From the NCBI RefSeq assembly GCF_000143415.4, contig NW_003314270.1:3007668-3071667 (forward strand): 64,000 bases of DNA, in the 5' to 3' direction. Below are positions 1 through 11,423 of the stretch, piece after piece. Origin of the DNA: Selaginella moellendorffii (Eukaryota > Plantae > Lycopodiophyta). Both the position numbers and the translations under genes were made by a program. The notes under the pieces were generated by a model. The model was not told the DNA's origin. It saw only the letters and a list, made by a program, of their open reading frames with translations, and made no database searches. Each line of letters begins with the position of its first letter. Positions within the stretch are counted from its first letter, which is position 1.

Positions 1-23
1 TGAATTTGCTCCCCGGCACTTAC

Positions 24-125
24 CATAAAGGAGCGGATCGCAAAAGGCGTGCGATTGCGATTGCACAACAAGCCCGGAACCCTAAATCTCCCACACACAT
101 CATGGGAGAGAATGGAATCTCCCAT
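24..125 (-). CDS. Possible first coding exon of a gene running off the left edge
   Basis: ATG at 125, 34 open codons (MGDSILSHD...IRSFM), then a strong GTAAGT donor at 23-18. No family recognised. Confidence 0.3.
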
Positions 126-418
126 CCAGGCCGGGGAGATTGCCCGAATCTCATTCAACTTTCATTCCTCTCTGGGTAAGAAAAAAGAAAGAAAGAGTGA
201 TTGGCTTTTGGTTGTGCCGGCAATCACGAAGAACCCAACCGAACAAGCTTTGCAAATTGCAAGCTTTTTTACATTTGGATAGATTTGCTATTTGGTACAG
301 CTGTAGAGAAAAGTCGGCGTCAGACATATCCAATCCGCTTTTTGCCCTTAGGGCTCTTTTAGGGCTTGAATAGGGCTAAACACTTTTAGGGCAAACCAGA
401 GGAATAGAATATTCGGCT

Positions 419-429
419 CCCAACGGCTA
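419..429 (+). promoter_or_regulatory. MSA (M-phase specific activator, MYB3R-binding) element
   Basis: CCCAACGGCTA matches the consensus YCYAACGGYYA exactly, 86 bp upstream of the ATG at 515. A TTTGAA lies just downstream. Confidence 0.55.
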
Positions 430-514
430 CCTGGATTTTGAATGCTACCCCCCCGGCTTTTAAAATGGGAGAGAGTGCTCGCGTTTTGGGGCAGTGGAGC
501 TTTGGTACCTAGCT

Positions 515-1574
515 ATGGAGGCGGTGCCAGTCCGGAGAACACGTAGCCAGGCAAGGAAGGAGCAGCAGCAGGAGGAGGAAGTGATCTTAGCCGGTGAGTC
601 TTCTCGATTTGATTTCTTGTATTGCCCAAATCGATTTTGTTTCCTGGCCTGCCTCTCCAGTGGATTTGCAGATCGATCCAATCGCGGCAGAGGAGCATGC
701 GAAGCTCGGGTGGCGGCGGCGCGGCGTGCCCGGCAAGAGGAGGACGGCGGCCCCGCGGCGGCGGCCACTGGCGGACGTGACCAACGATTCGCCCATCGCT
801 GGGATGTGCAAGGGCTCGCCGGCGGCGGCCATGGCTATCGCGAAGAACAAGAGCGCGGCCGTGGTGTTGGAGGAAGAAGAAGAGGCCGGTGAGAGCTTGC
901 TGAGATCTCAGGTCCAGTCCTTGCTCGAGACGGTCGATCCTTGCAAGGTGACTAGCTTCGTGTACTCGTCGCCGTGCTCGGATCATGGCGGCCCAACGCC
1001 CGCAAACACCCCAGCTGGTGGCGCCACCGCCGCCGCCGCCGCCGGGATGATCACTATCGCTATCCACGATCCAGCCGAGGAGGAGGACGACCAGAGCTCC
1101 AACTGGTCAGTGGATGTGAATGTAAGCTCGCCCCAGAAGAGCGTGGAGGAAGAAGAGGAAGAACCCGTGATCCAGAAGGACGGGAAGGCGAATCCAAGTC
1201 GCCCAAATCCATGGGCGATGCGCGATCACACTTCCAAGCTCGTAGATCCCGAGTTTGAGGACGAAGGAGCGATCGATCAAAGCCCCGGGGCCAAGAAGGA
1301 GGAAGAATTCGGCGAGGAGGAGGAAGAGGACGAGGTTGTGGATGACGAGCTATGCCGCGGTGTGAGTGGAATCTGTGTGTCGAAGAAGCCACTCTTCGCC
1401 CAATTCGCTGGAAAGCACATCCGCTACAAGTATAACAGCGATGACGAGCTGCTGGAGGAGGAAGTGATCGATCCACCATCACCGCCACCAGTGGCGGAGC
1501 CATCGCCATCGATCACCAAGCTCAACGGGGTCCCAATCGCCGCTGGCAAGCATCTCCGCTTCCAGGACCCATGA
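515..1574 (+). CDS. Conserved land-plant acidic/disordered protein (At5g66230-like family) with a D-box; exons 515-593 and 661-1574
   Basis: A GT-AG intron at 594-660 joins MEAVPVRRTRSQ in frame to the 326-aa ORF. Family motifs DVTNDSPI, GESLLRSQV, PTPANTP, WSVDVN, FAGKHIRY and GKHLRF are present. Confidence 0.8.
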
Positions 1575-1691
1575 AACTTTCGATCGATCAGTCACATCTC
1601 AAGCTCTTTTTGAGAAGAATCAAGGCTTTTTTTTTCTAGAGTTTCCTGTGTCGATCAGCTCGTAGCTTTCAATGGATCAACGAATCTTTCC

Positions 1692-1797
1692 AGATGACAC
1701 GCTCGATCGAAAGAGATGAACACTCTCGATCGAACGAGATGAAGAACGCTCGATCGAAAGAGATGAAGAACGCTTGATCGAAAGAGATGAAGAACAC
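1692..1797. repeat. Tandem repeat, about 24-25 nt unit, 4-5 copies
   Basis: Repeated AGATGAA(GAA)CRCTCGATCGAAAG between the convergent 3' ends of two genes. Confidence 0.8.
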
Positions 1798-1804
1798 GAC
1801 TATC

Positions 1805-3628
1805 CTACCCATCTCTGGCAGTGATGGAGATTTGCGAAGAGCACGCATTGGAAAGCAACATAAACGCGGAGGAGTTCCCTGGATCGAGCTTCATCACATT
1901 CTTGGCAGCTCGAGCGCCCCTCTCGACGTCGCCATGAACCCTACACGCGCCCAGCAGCGCCGCCCACGCCACCGCCCCGGGCAAGTAGGGCATCGATTCC
2001 ACAAGCTCCTCCGCGTCGTCCAGCAATCGCCTGTTGGATCGCCCCAGCAAATCCACAATGCAGCAGTAGTGATCGTGCTCTGGCGCGATCCCATAGACGC
2101 TGCTCATCGCCAGGAAGCAATCCCTGCCCTCTTCCACCATCCCAGCGTGGCTACATCCGTGGAGGATCACCAAGAATGTGATCGAGTTTGGGCGAATTCC
2201 ATCCAAATCCATGGACCGCAGCAGCACTAGAGCTTGCTTGCATTCGCCCTTGTGGCAGTTCGCCTGGATCATCAGCGTCCACGCGATCTCGTCCTGGTGT
2301 GACACCGATTGGAAGAGCTCGCCCGCGCGAACCACATCCCCATTCAAGGCATACGCCGCGAGCATCATCGTCCACGACGTGGGATTGCGCTCTAGCATCG
2401 AATCAAACGCTTCTCTAGCTCGGATGAGATCGTTCTTGTGAATGTAAGCCAGCAAGATGGCGTTCCATGAACCAATGTTTCGATGTGGTATCCGATCGAA
2501 CAAGATCTTAGCTTCTTCCAGATGCCCAAGCAGGGCATACGCTGCGAGCATCGTGTTCCACAGAACAAGATCGTGGCCCCCCTTGCTAGCGAGCATCATC
2601 GTTCTAGCGCGATCGATATGCCCGTTTAGAGCATAGGCCTGGATCAAGCTCGTCCTTGACACCACGTCGTGCTCGCCCATTCCATCGAAAACACGCTGCG
2701 CTTGCTCCAGATCGCGCCCCTGCGCGAATGCCGTGATCATGCTCGTGCACGACTGGAGATTGTGCTGCGGCATTCGATCGAACGCCCTCCTCGCCTGTTC
2801 CAGATCTTGATCCAGCGCATGCGCCTGGATCAAAGCCCCCCACGGGAAAACATCCCTCTCCGGCATCGCGTCGAACAGACTCTTGGCGGATTCCACTCGC
2901 CCGGCCTCGCCGCACAGCCCGATCATCGCGGCCCAGGGGATTCCATCCCACGCCGGCATTCTCGCGAACAATCCCATGGCAGCATCGAGAAGGAAGCTTG
3001 GATTTCCAGCGTGAACCAGCGCCAGCAGCATGCTCGTCCATGCCGCCAGATCCCGCCGCTCCAGCCCCTCGAAGATCTCCCTCGCCTCGCGGCACCGCCC
3101 CAGCTGCCCTAGCGCGTGGATCGCGCACAGCCCGGAGACACGATCCCTCTCTGGAGCTCTATCAAGCGTGTTCTTGGCCTCGGCAAAATGCCCATACTGC
3201 GAATATGCGCTGGCCATGGCGTTCCACGACACGGCCGTACGCTGCGGCATCCGGGCAAAGACCGCCGCGGCGCCCGCGGCTGTACCGCGCGGCATGGAAA
3301 ATGCCGCCGACAGCATGGTATTCCACGTCAGCACGTTGCGCCGCGGCATGGCGTCGAAGTGGGATTTTGCGTCCTCGAGATGCCCGTTCTGGGCATATGC
3401 CGTGAGCATGACGTTCCAGGTGACCACGTTGGACTGCGGCGCTACCGCGGCGAAGACGCGGCGGGCCTCGTCCACGCCCCCGCATTTGCCGTACATGTCG
3501 ATGAGGAGGTTGAGGAAGTAGCGGCTGTTGGTGGCGACGATCTGGGCGTGGAGTTTGCGGGCCTGGCGTAAGTCCCTGGATCTAATGCAGCGCTTGACGA
3601 GCTGCGATAGTAGTGGTTCCTTCTCCAT
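1805..3628 (-). CDS. PLS-class pentatricopeptide repeat protein with E domain and no DYW (putative organellar RNA-editing specificity factor)
   Basis: Intronless 607-aa ORF with repeated FDxMPxRNVVxWNxM motifs. It ends HYCCIVDLLGR...WAALLGACRVHGDVERG...MLLSN. Confidence 0.93.
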   Translation of the reverse strand: MEKEPLLSQLVKRCIRSRDLRQARKLHAQIVATNSRYFLNLLIDMYGKCGGVDEARRVFAAVAPQSNVVTWNVMLTAYAQNGHLEDAKSHFDAMPRRNVLTWNTMLSAAFSMPRGTAAGAAAVFARMPQRTAVSWNAMASAYSQYGHFAEAKNTLDRAPERDRVSGLCAIHALGQLGRCREAREIFEGLERRDLAAWTSMLLALVHAGNPSFLLDAAMGLFARMPAWDGIPWAAMIGLCGEAGRVESAKSLFDAMPERDVFPWGALIQAHALDQDLEQARRAFDRMPQHNLQSCTSMITAFAQGRDLEQAQRVFDGMGEHDVVSRTSLIQAYALNGHIDRARTMMLASKGGHDLVLWNTMLAAYALLGHLEEAKILFDRIPHRNIGSWNAILLAYIHKNDLIRAREAFDSMLERNPTSWTMMLAAYALNGDVVRAGELFQSVSHQDEIAWTLMIQANCHKGECKQALVLLRSMDLDGIRPNSITFLVILHGCSHAGMVEEGRDCFLAMSSVYGIAPEHDHYCCIVDLLGRSNRRLLDDAEELVESMPYLPGAVAWAALLGACRVHGDVERGARAAKNVMKLDPGNSSAFMLLSNACSSQISITARDG

Positions 3629-3744
3629 CCATGCTTGGCTTTATTTTGATTTCGATTCTTCTCTTTGGAGCGAACAAGGATCTAGGAAGGAATTCTTGTT
3701 AGAATGCTGGAAGAATTTACACGCTACCTAGAAGAGAGAACTGC

Positions 3745-4642
3745 TTAGACGCTCTTGTGTTTCTTCCTTATGGATGCCATCATCTTTGCTTCTCGGCTGT
3801 GAAGAAAAGAAGGAAAGAAAATGGTGACGCTATGAATAAGCGAACAAGCCTTTACCTGGCGGCGTGCTCTACTCGAGCCTTTCTCATGAGGCGGCCTTTA
3901 ACATTGCTGAAAGCGCCAGAAGATCCACCACCTGGAGTGAGACGAAAATAATCGCCACGATCAGAGACGTTTCTTGACAAGATCTTTCGGTCTACTCACT
4001 GCCAAAGCTTCTCTTCGGCTCCGGTGGAGATTTGTAGCATCGCTTGAGCTGCCTGCTTTGTTTCTCTGGATAGACACGAGCAGCATCGAGTAAATCAGGA
4101 AAACTCAAAGACGAAGAACAAGTTACTGGATTCTTCTTCCATGTGTAACCGTTGGAGCAACTCCACGCCTTTTTGCTGCTTCTCTTCGCGATGCTTGAGC
4201 TTCGCCTGACCAACAAGAAAATAAAAGGAGGAGAAAAAAACCAAAACCAAGAGAAGTGAGAGATGGTATCACCACAGGCCAGAGATTACCTCGTACAAAT
4301 CCCTCCACTTAAACTGGCTCTTGGAGGCATGCTTCAATTTGGACTCCACAAGCTCCAAGCTATGCGGGCCAAAATCACGGCCGTAGCATTTCTTCCACAG
4401 CTCGTTCGTCACGGGTGCCAAATCCCTATCCTGTGAGGAGGAGCCAGGAATCGCATCGCTGGAAGCAAATCCTCACTGACCTTGCTACAATTCTCGATGT
4501 GCCGCAGCTGGTCCGTCGTGCAATGCGGCAGGATGATGCGCAGGAGATCCAGATCCGTGTCGCCGACATCGCCAAACCTGTGGAGATTATCGATGGCGGT
4601 GTGGATGCAAAGCTCTTGCAGCGATGGAGCTCGCGCTCCCAT
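3745..4642 (-). CDS. ELOA: Elongin A (RNA Pol II elongation factor SIII subunit A), six exons
   Basis: BC-box-like PSLQELC, then GDVG, LPHC, IENCS and ELWKKCYGRDFG...KWRDLYE across short GT-AG introns. TAA at 3747-3745. Confidence 0.85.
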
Positions 4643-4780
4643 CCCCGCGAGGAAGAAGAAGAGGAAACCCTCTTCCCTCTTGTGTGGCACAAAAAAAATA
4701 TTTTAGGGCTAACTAACGTGCTCTCACGGAAATATTTCTAGGGCGCGTAGATCTGAGCTGGGGAGCTCGAGAGCTCGGCG

Positions 4781-7700
4781 ATGGGGGGGACAGCATCGAC
4801 GCCGCGGCCGGATGCGCGGCCGGAAGAACACCGCGATTATCTTCTCGGGGCGATGGTAGGCGGCCGAATTTACGATCTAAGCTCCAGCTTTTGGGAGAAG
4901 CTGTTGCTGCTGCCTCCGGCATTCGAATGGTCCGTGGAGCGAGTGAATGAAGCTGGCGCTCTACTCGGTAAGCACCGATTCTTCCTTCGCGGATCGGCTG
5001 CTGAGGCAAAACATTTCTCGCGATTGTCTCTTTCAGCTCAGAACAATCTCCAGACTCGGCATTTCCCCAAATTGCTCGTCCATCTCGTGTGGAGCATCCA
5101 AGAGGTGACTGCCTCGCCGGGATCCAAATCCTCGGCCGTGAAAGTCATCAATGCGACGTACTTCTCTCGGGTGTTTCTCAAGTACTTAATCGAGAATTCT
5201 TCCTCGTCTTTCTCGAGCCATCTCGTTCTACACATCAGTGATCACGACGCAGGGATCTCAAAGCTACCCGAAGGTATGCATGGCTCGCTCTTTTCTCTTC
5301 TTTTTTCCTTGATATGGATCTCTAAAGTTGACTTTAACCAGCAGGCGATCTAAATGTTCCCAGCCTAGTGCTGCATGGATTGCTGACTTTCATCGGTGCC
5401 TCGGATATAAAGTACGTAGTGTGATGCTTAGATCTCAAGTAACTTCCACGGATGTGTTACCTCATTTTTTCTTTGTGTAAGTCCTTACACGTACATGCTA
5501 CACCTCGAGCTTGTGAACTTGCTTCTCGTCATGATGTCGACACAGCTTTATTCGCCTATGAGCGCAGGCTTTCATCCATTTCTAGATGCCGCTATTGCAC
5601 AGGTCAATAATGTTCTTTAACATGTTCTTTAACATCCAGAGTTTTCACATATGGAAAATGTACAGGAAAGCTATGTTGTTGGTCCTTTCATTCGCAAGCT
5701 GCTCCTTTCGTTTATTGCAAGAACTCCTTTGCCATCAGAAGCTGCGTACTACGGGACGCAGGACAAAGAAACGGGTGTTATACGGAAAATGAGCTCAGCA
5801 GCTGGTAAGAAGATGAAAAGCCGAAGCGCGATTTATGCTCTTTTTTCGTTCTTCCAGCGACGGTGTTTATGCTGCCGTACTACACCTACACGTATTTGCT
5901 GAGCCCCGGGAGTGACCGCTTTTCCAAATTCCCGTTGGCGGATAACAGTTTGCTTCTGCTTTTGGTTCTTGTTCACTATGGAAAGAGAACCCATGTTACT
6001 CCTCTGGACAATGATGTAGAACCTTGTACCGAAAACTTGGCGGTGGGTCTGCACAACCCTTTTCGTCGAGCACTATCATCCTCAAGAGATACAGACTGTA
6101 CGTGGAAACTATGCTTTAGTTTTCATTTGTGTGTGTCCGTTTTTTTTCTAATTATATGTATGCTGCTACAGTTGACATCGCAGACATCGAGCAAGCTGGG
6201 CAGGGAGTTCGAATTCCGTTTGCGGCCTTGTTTGATAGGCTTGGACCGTATGTAGTGCGATTGGTTGCTTGAGTAGACATTGATGTTGTTTTTTTGTTTC
6301 CAGGGGCCTCACCGAAGACGCAACTATTTTGCTCCTTTACTCGCTTGTCCATGGGAATCCGGCATTCTTGGAGTACGTGCTAGTGCGAACTGATTTAGAC
6401 ACTCTGGTACGCCTTGGCTTTGTGGCGTCTTTTCTTCGTTCTAATGCACAGTATGCACAACAGATTATGCCGGTGCTAGAGATGCTTTATGATGTACAGA
6501 AACGAACTCCAAATCAAATATACATGCTCCTGGTTATCTTTCTTATACTTAGCCAGGATTCGACGTTCAACGCAAGCATACACAAGCTGGCACGTACATG
6601 TCCTCCAAAGTTTCATGTGATTGACTCCAGTCTTACAGATATTACCAGGGGTTTCTTGGTATAAAGAGCGTCTTCTTCCAGGGATTTCTCTGGGATCGTT
6701 GATGGTTGTCATTCTTATCAGAACAGTGAAGTTCAACCTGTCCAAGCTTCGAGTAAGCTAGTGCTTTTTCTTTAGAGGCCTCAACGATTGTGACGTCTCT
6801 CTCTTGCAGGATCTATTTCTTCACACAAACTGTCTTGCCATTTTGGCGAACATGGCCCCACACATGCATCAGCTCAATGCTTATGCGTCTCAAAGGCTCG
6901 TGAGCCTTTTCGACATGCTCGCACGAAAGTAAGTGTCGTAATCAAACTTCCTTTCACTCAAAGCTTTTCTCCTTGATACAGATACAAGAAGGTTGTGGAT
7001 GCCAATATCAACGTCAAGGTTGCGGTTGCGAAGCTCGGTCAGGTGGAAGGCTTTGAGGCTTCAGAGGATATGGTGAGCAATCATTAGGTTCCTCTGAAGG
7101 TTGGGTAATGATGGATTGATTACAGAGGTTTCAATAATGCAAGTTTTCTTGCAGCCAACAGAGCTACATATCTACACTGATTTTTTGCGCATTGTTCTGG
7201 AAATCATTAACGCGATCCTAACGTACGCTCTTCCTAGAAATCCGGAGGTGAGCATTCTCTTTGTAGCGAGCTTCTTATCCTAAGCTTTCGTTTTCAGGTT
7301 GTGTATGCGCTTTTGCACAGACAAGAGTTGTTTCAACCGTTTAAGGAGCATCCTCGTTTCTATGAGCTTCTGGAGAACATATTCAATGTGAGTTTCTGGT
7401 TGAATTGCTCTCCAATGCTCTGACGTTTTCATGCGGCGATGCATAGGTTCTAGACTTTTTCAACGTCCGCATGGATGATCAGCAGTCAAATGCGGAGTGG
7501 TCCGTCGAGAAAGTCTTGCAAATAGTAATCGCAAACGCAAGATCCTGGCGAGGTGAAGGAATGAAGGTAGCTTACCACTTTACTGCTTTTAACAAGGCCT
7601 GTATTGGTAACTCTTTTCTTTGCTCAGATCTTCACACAGTTGCGATTTACATACGAAGAAGAGCTCCACCCAGAGGAATTTTTTGTGCCATACATTTGGC

Positions 7701-7955
7701 AGCTAGTAGTAGACCAAAGGTACGGTAATACCTCGCATTCATAGTAATAAAAGTAACGCTTGTTTCCTTCCAGAAATATAGATTGGAACCTCGACATGAT
7801 CTCTTTGTTTCCAGCCAGATCACAAGTAGAAGTGCGTAAACTTTCCATCTTCGAGCAATCCTCTGCTAACGCCAAGTCTTTTCTTCTTGCAGCTTGGAGA
7901 CGGCCATGTTGATAAACAGCTACAAGATATTCCTGTTTCAACCAATCCTGTTTGA
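4781..7955 (+). CDS. DYM: Dymeclin (Golgi protein), multi-exon
   Basis: MGGTASTP N-myristoylation-type start. Exons encode [35 protein letters not shown] and [20 protein letters not shown]. Stop at 7953-7955. Confidence 0.92.
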
Positions 7956-8056
7956 TTTGCTTGTCCAAACTTCCGGGGTGATGTATAAGCTTTTAGAAGA
8001 GAGAATCTAAAGAATAATAAAGAAAGAGAAGAACAAAAATATCCCTCGCACTCAAA

Positions 8057-10891
8057 TCAAAATCGTTCTCCAAATCTAACATACAATGCTCCAGAACCCG
8101 CATTACAGTCTCTGGCGTACTCCGCTCTCACGAGTCCCAGCTTCACTCCAACTCCGTACGAGCCTCCGTGACCAACGCGCCTGAAAAACTCGGTGGGATT
8201 TCCTCGCACGTCTTTGGAGCTGCCGAGGTCTGTTCCGTACTCCACAAAACCGTAACAATGCGTGTTCTTTACAGGGACTCGCAACTCAGCCGCAGTCTGG
8301 CAGGAAAGAAGGGAAAAAATGGATCCACAGGACAAGAAAGAAGGAAGAAAACTATACCTCGAGGATGTTTCTGCAAGCTGCAAGCTCCCCTAGATTATAG
8401 CCGCGAACGGAGTAAGGTCCTCCCAGAGTGAACGCATCGTAGCTTGGAAGATCGCCAATGCAGCCTCCGTAGTGACCGTGGATCACCAGAACCGGAGGTG
8501 GCTGCTCGCCGTGTCTATCTTCGGGCCTCAGTTGTATAAACCGAGTCAATGTAAGTTGGTGTCGATTGAAAAATGGAAACCTGGAGCCGACTCCCAGTCC
8601 TTGATCGAGCTGTTACCATCATACCAGGAAGCAGTGAGAATGAGAGCTAATTGACCATACACTTCTTACCTGGAAGATGTTCCTCGAGCCAATGGGTGTT
8701 CCATTTACGAACTTTGTGTTGTCGTGTGTGAGATTGGCCTGGAAAAATCCCACCCGGTCAGTCCCGGTGTCGCTGTGAGTAGTCGGGGGACCGTCCATGC
8801 TCAAGGCCCCGCTTGGAAGCACGCGAGCCCCGTTAGTGCAAATGGCACTGTTCTCGTCGCGCGTTGTGACTTCCTCCATGACAAATCCATACGTCAGCTT
8901 GCTCTGCCTGGTGAAGTTCTGGACGAGATAAACAGTGAGTATATAACAAGCCAAGCAAAGCTTAACAATTACCTCAGTTATACCGGCTTTAAATCCAGCT
9001 CGATCGACCCATATACCAGGCACGTCTTCCAAACCGGGACCTCCAGTAAACACAGCACTGACTTTGCGACTGTTAAAACAGCTAGCCTTGAGCGTACGCT
9101 CCCTGGGATCGGTCACACCGTCGAGATACGGGTGCACGTATTCCATCTTGAATCCTAAGTCATCCTACAAATCCACATTGCGGTGCGTAAATATCGAAAA
9201 GATCTGAGAGGGAAGTACCGGACCTGGGGATTGAAGAGATTATTCGACGTGACAGTACAAATCAATGTGCGGTTCAAGCCTTTGATATTCCGATGCTCAA
9301 AGGTTACGTTACCACCTGGCTGGATCGAGGCCTGTATCAACAAAAACGCATAAGCAGTGAAGATCATTTGGATATAAAGTGACTCACCAGTGTTGGACGT
9401 CCAGAATTCCCTGGCACTATGCTCCACTCGGTGCTGATCTCAGCAGTTTTCTGCTCGAGCTCCTTCAACTTCACTTCCACTATAATACCTCCCTCGATCT
9501 CTTCATCCGGCCTTGGATTGACTTCAATGTTAGAAAAGAGAGAAAGATTGTTAATGTTGCGCAAAGCTTTCTTGCCCGCTTCAATGTTGAAGATCTTCCC
9601 GGAGCTAAGCTGCATCCAGCAAAACAACAAATGAGAACCACCGGAGAAAATAAACAAGCAATACCTGTGAAGGAAGCTCCCTCTCTATGATAGGGACTTG
9701 AGTGTTCCCTTCAACTGGAAGCCCCATCTTGTCCTGGAACATTATTTGCACGTCTGTGATGTCCCCTTCCACTACTTCACAGACTATTTCGTTCGTATTG
9801 AGGTTTCCGAAGTTGACGACTTGAGCGCACGCATAGCCTTCATCGTGATACCACTTCTGTATTCTCTCCCGGATTCTCTGCAGCATTCTCGCAGTAACAC
9901 GAGACTCGGCAGACAGCCAGCCCGAAATTTCCTGCTCGATCCTTCTCGGTAGCATGCACTTCCTGGCTTTCCTCACCCGCTTCTTGTACTCTTCTTCTTG
10001 CTTCCCAAGATATTCCTGCTGCTGCTTCTCGGTCATGCTGTTAAAATCGGGTTGCTTGGTCTGAGCCAACAGCCCAACGTTGATACACCGCACACTTTTC
10101 GCCGCTTGCCACTGGCTCTCGACAAAGTTGATGTTGATCTTTATAGTCCCATCAGCCTGAGTGACGCCTTCCATCTCCACGGTCTGGAACATGCCACAGT
10201 TGACGAGGTTCTCCAGCTCCGACTCAAGCTGGTCTTTCGTGAAAACCCCACCATTCCGGAGCGTGACAAGCTCGAAAAATGGATCCTTGCCATCGACGGC
10301 CTTTTTGCTGCGCTGATCCACGAGATCGACGCCGGAAAGCTTGTACTTCTTGTTGGGGCTGAGCCGGCTTACCGGTGCCGTGAGGCCGACTTTAGCACCG
10401 TGAGGATCCCAATCTCCACTGTTTTTATCGTCGGCCCTGGCACCACTGCCCCCAATCGCCGCGCACAGAAGCTCCCACAGCCAATTTCCACCACCAGGTC
10501 CTCCTCCAAAGCCTCCGCCACCACCGCCGCCGCCGCCGCCGCCTCCTCCACCACCTCCACCGAAGCCTCCAAATTCACCACCACCACCACCCAGCAAGAT
10601 CATAGCATTGGCTCCCAAAGCTAGAGAGGCCAAAGCTACATTTTTCTTAAATCCACCATTGCCGGGCTCTAGCTTTCTGGATTTTCTCCTACTGCTGCTA
10701 CTCTTACCCGAGGAGGCTGAGGACGAGGAAGGAGGAGGCTTGGTAAAGCGAAGCCACGGGGCGAAGGCCCTGGTTTTGATGGAAATCCCCCCCTTTCGCT
10801 GCTGCTGCCAGGATGGAAACGAGGACGAGCAGGCGATCGATTCGACGGCTCGGTGATGCCCCGCGAGGCCGGAGACCATGGCGCAAGGCAT
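8057..10891 (-). CDS. TOC75: Chloroplast outer-envelope import channel Toc75 (Toc75-III type), intact and multi-exon
   Basis: Transit peptide plus polyglycine stretch, POTRA motif GYACAQVVNFGNLNTNE, beta-barrel exons and C-terminal YVRFGERF. The first ATG is at 10891; the track start at 10900 is a GTG. Confidence 0.95.
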
Positions 10892-11051
10892 GGCGGCCAC
10901 GAATCCACTCTCCGCCGCTGTCGCGAACTAATGGATCATCGCCTAAACCCTACCTCGCGCTCTCTGAGATATTTCGATCCTCGCCCAGCAAACCCTAAAC
11001 CTCCATTGGTGAAAACAAAAAATACATATCAGAAAAAATGACTTAATTTAA

Positions 11052-11125
11052 TGCTTTCACTGAGAGTTGAACTCAGGACCTCCCGCTTACTAAACGGGTG
11101 CTCTGACCAACTGAGCTATGAGAGC
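11052..11125 (-). tRNA. tRNA-Thr(AGT)
   Basis: GCTCTCATAGCTCAGTTGGTCAGAGCACCCGTTTAGTAAGCGGGAGGTCCTGAGTTCAACTCTCAGTGAAAGCA folds as a cloverleaf with an AGT anticodon. A T6 terminator lies downstream at 11038-11033. There is one C:A mismatch in the acceptor stem. Confidence 0.92.
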
Positions 11126-11423
11126 AAATTTGAAATTTGGACTCAGATCACATAAAATACAAGATAATTTATTCACTTTGAATGACTATGTTGAGTTTTG
11201 AGATCATGAGCTAAAAAGTCGTCCAGTCTCTAGGAGAAGGGTCTCCCGAGCTAAAAACTGGTCCAGTCTTCCAAAGAAAAGTCTCCACAAGTGGTGCAAT
11301 CTTGAAGCACTTGTTTTTGGAGGTAATTTTCTGCTTCAAATATGCGGCTCCATTTGTATGACTTTCAGTCCTCATCCCACCACAACTTTTGTATTACATA
11401 ATAAGTTTATATTATTTCAAACA

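Noticed and set aside
1787-3571. Overlapping ORFs on and antisense to the PPR gene, and similar ones over TOC75, the RLKs, OVATE and the transposase (e.g. 44478-45356)
   Set aside because: They are shadow ORFs of real coding sequence with no recognisable motifs.
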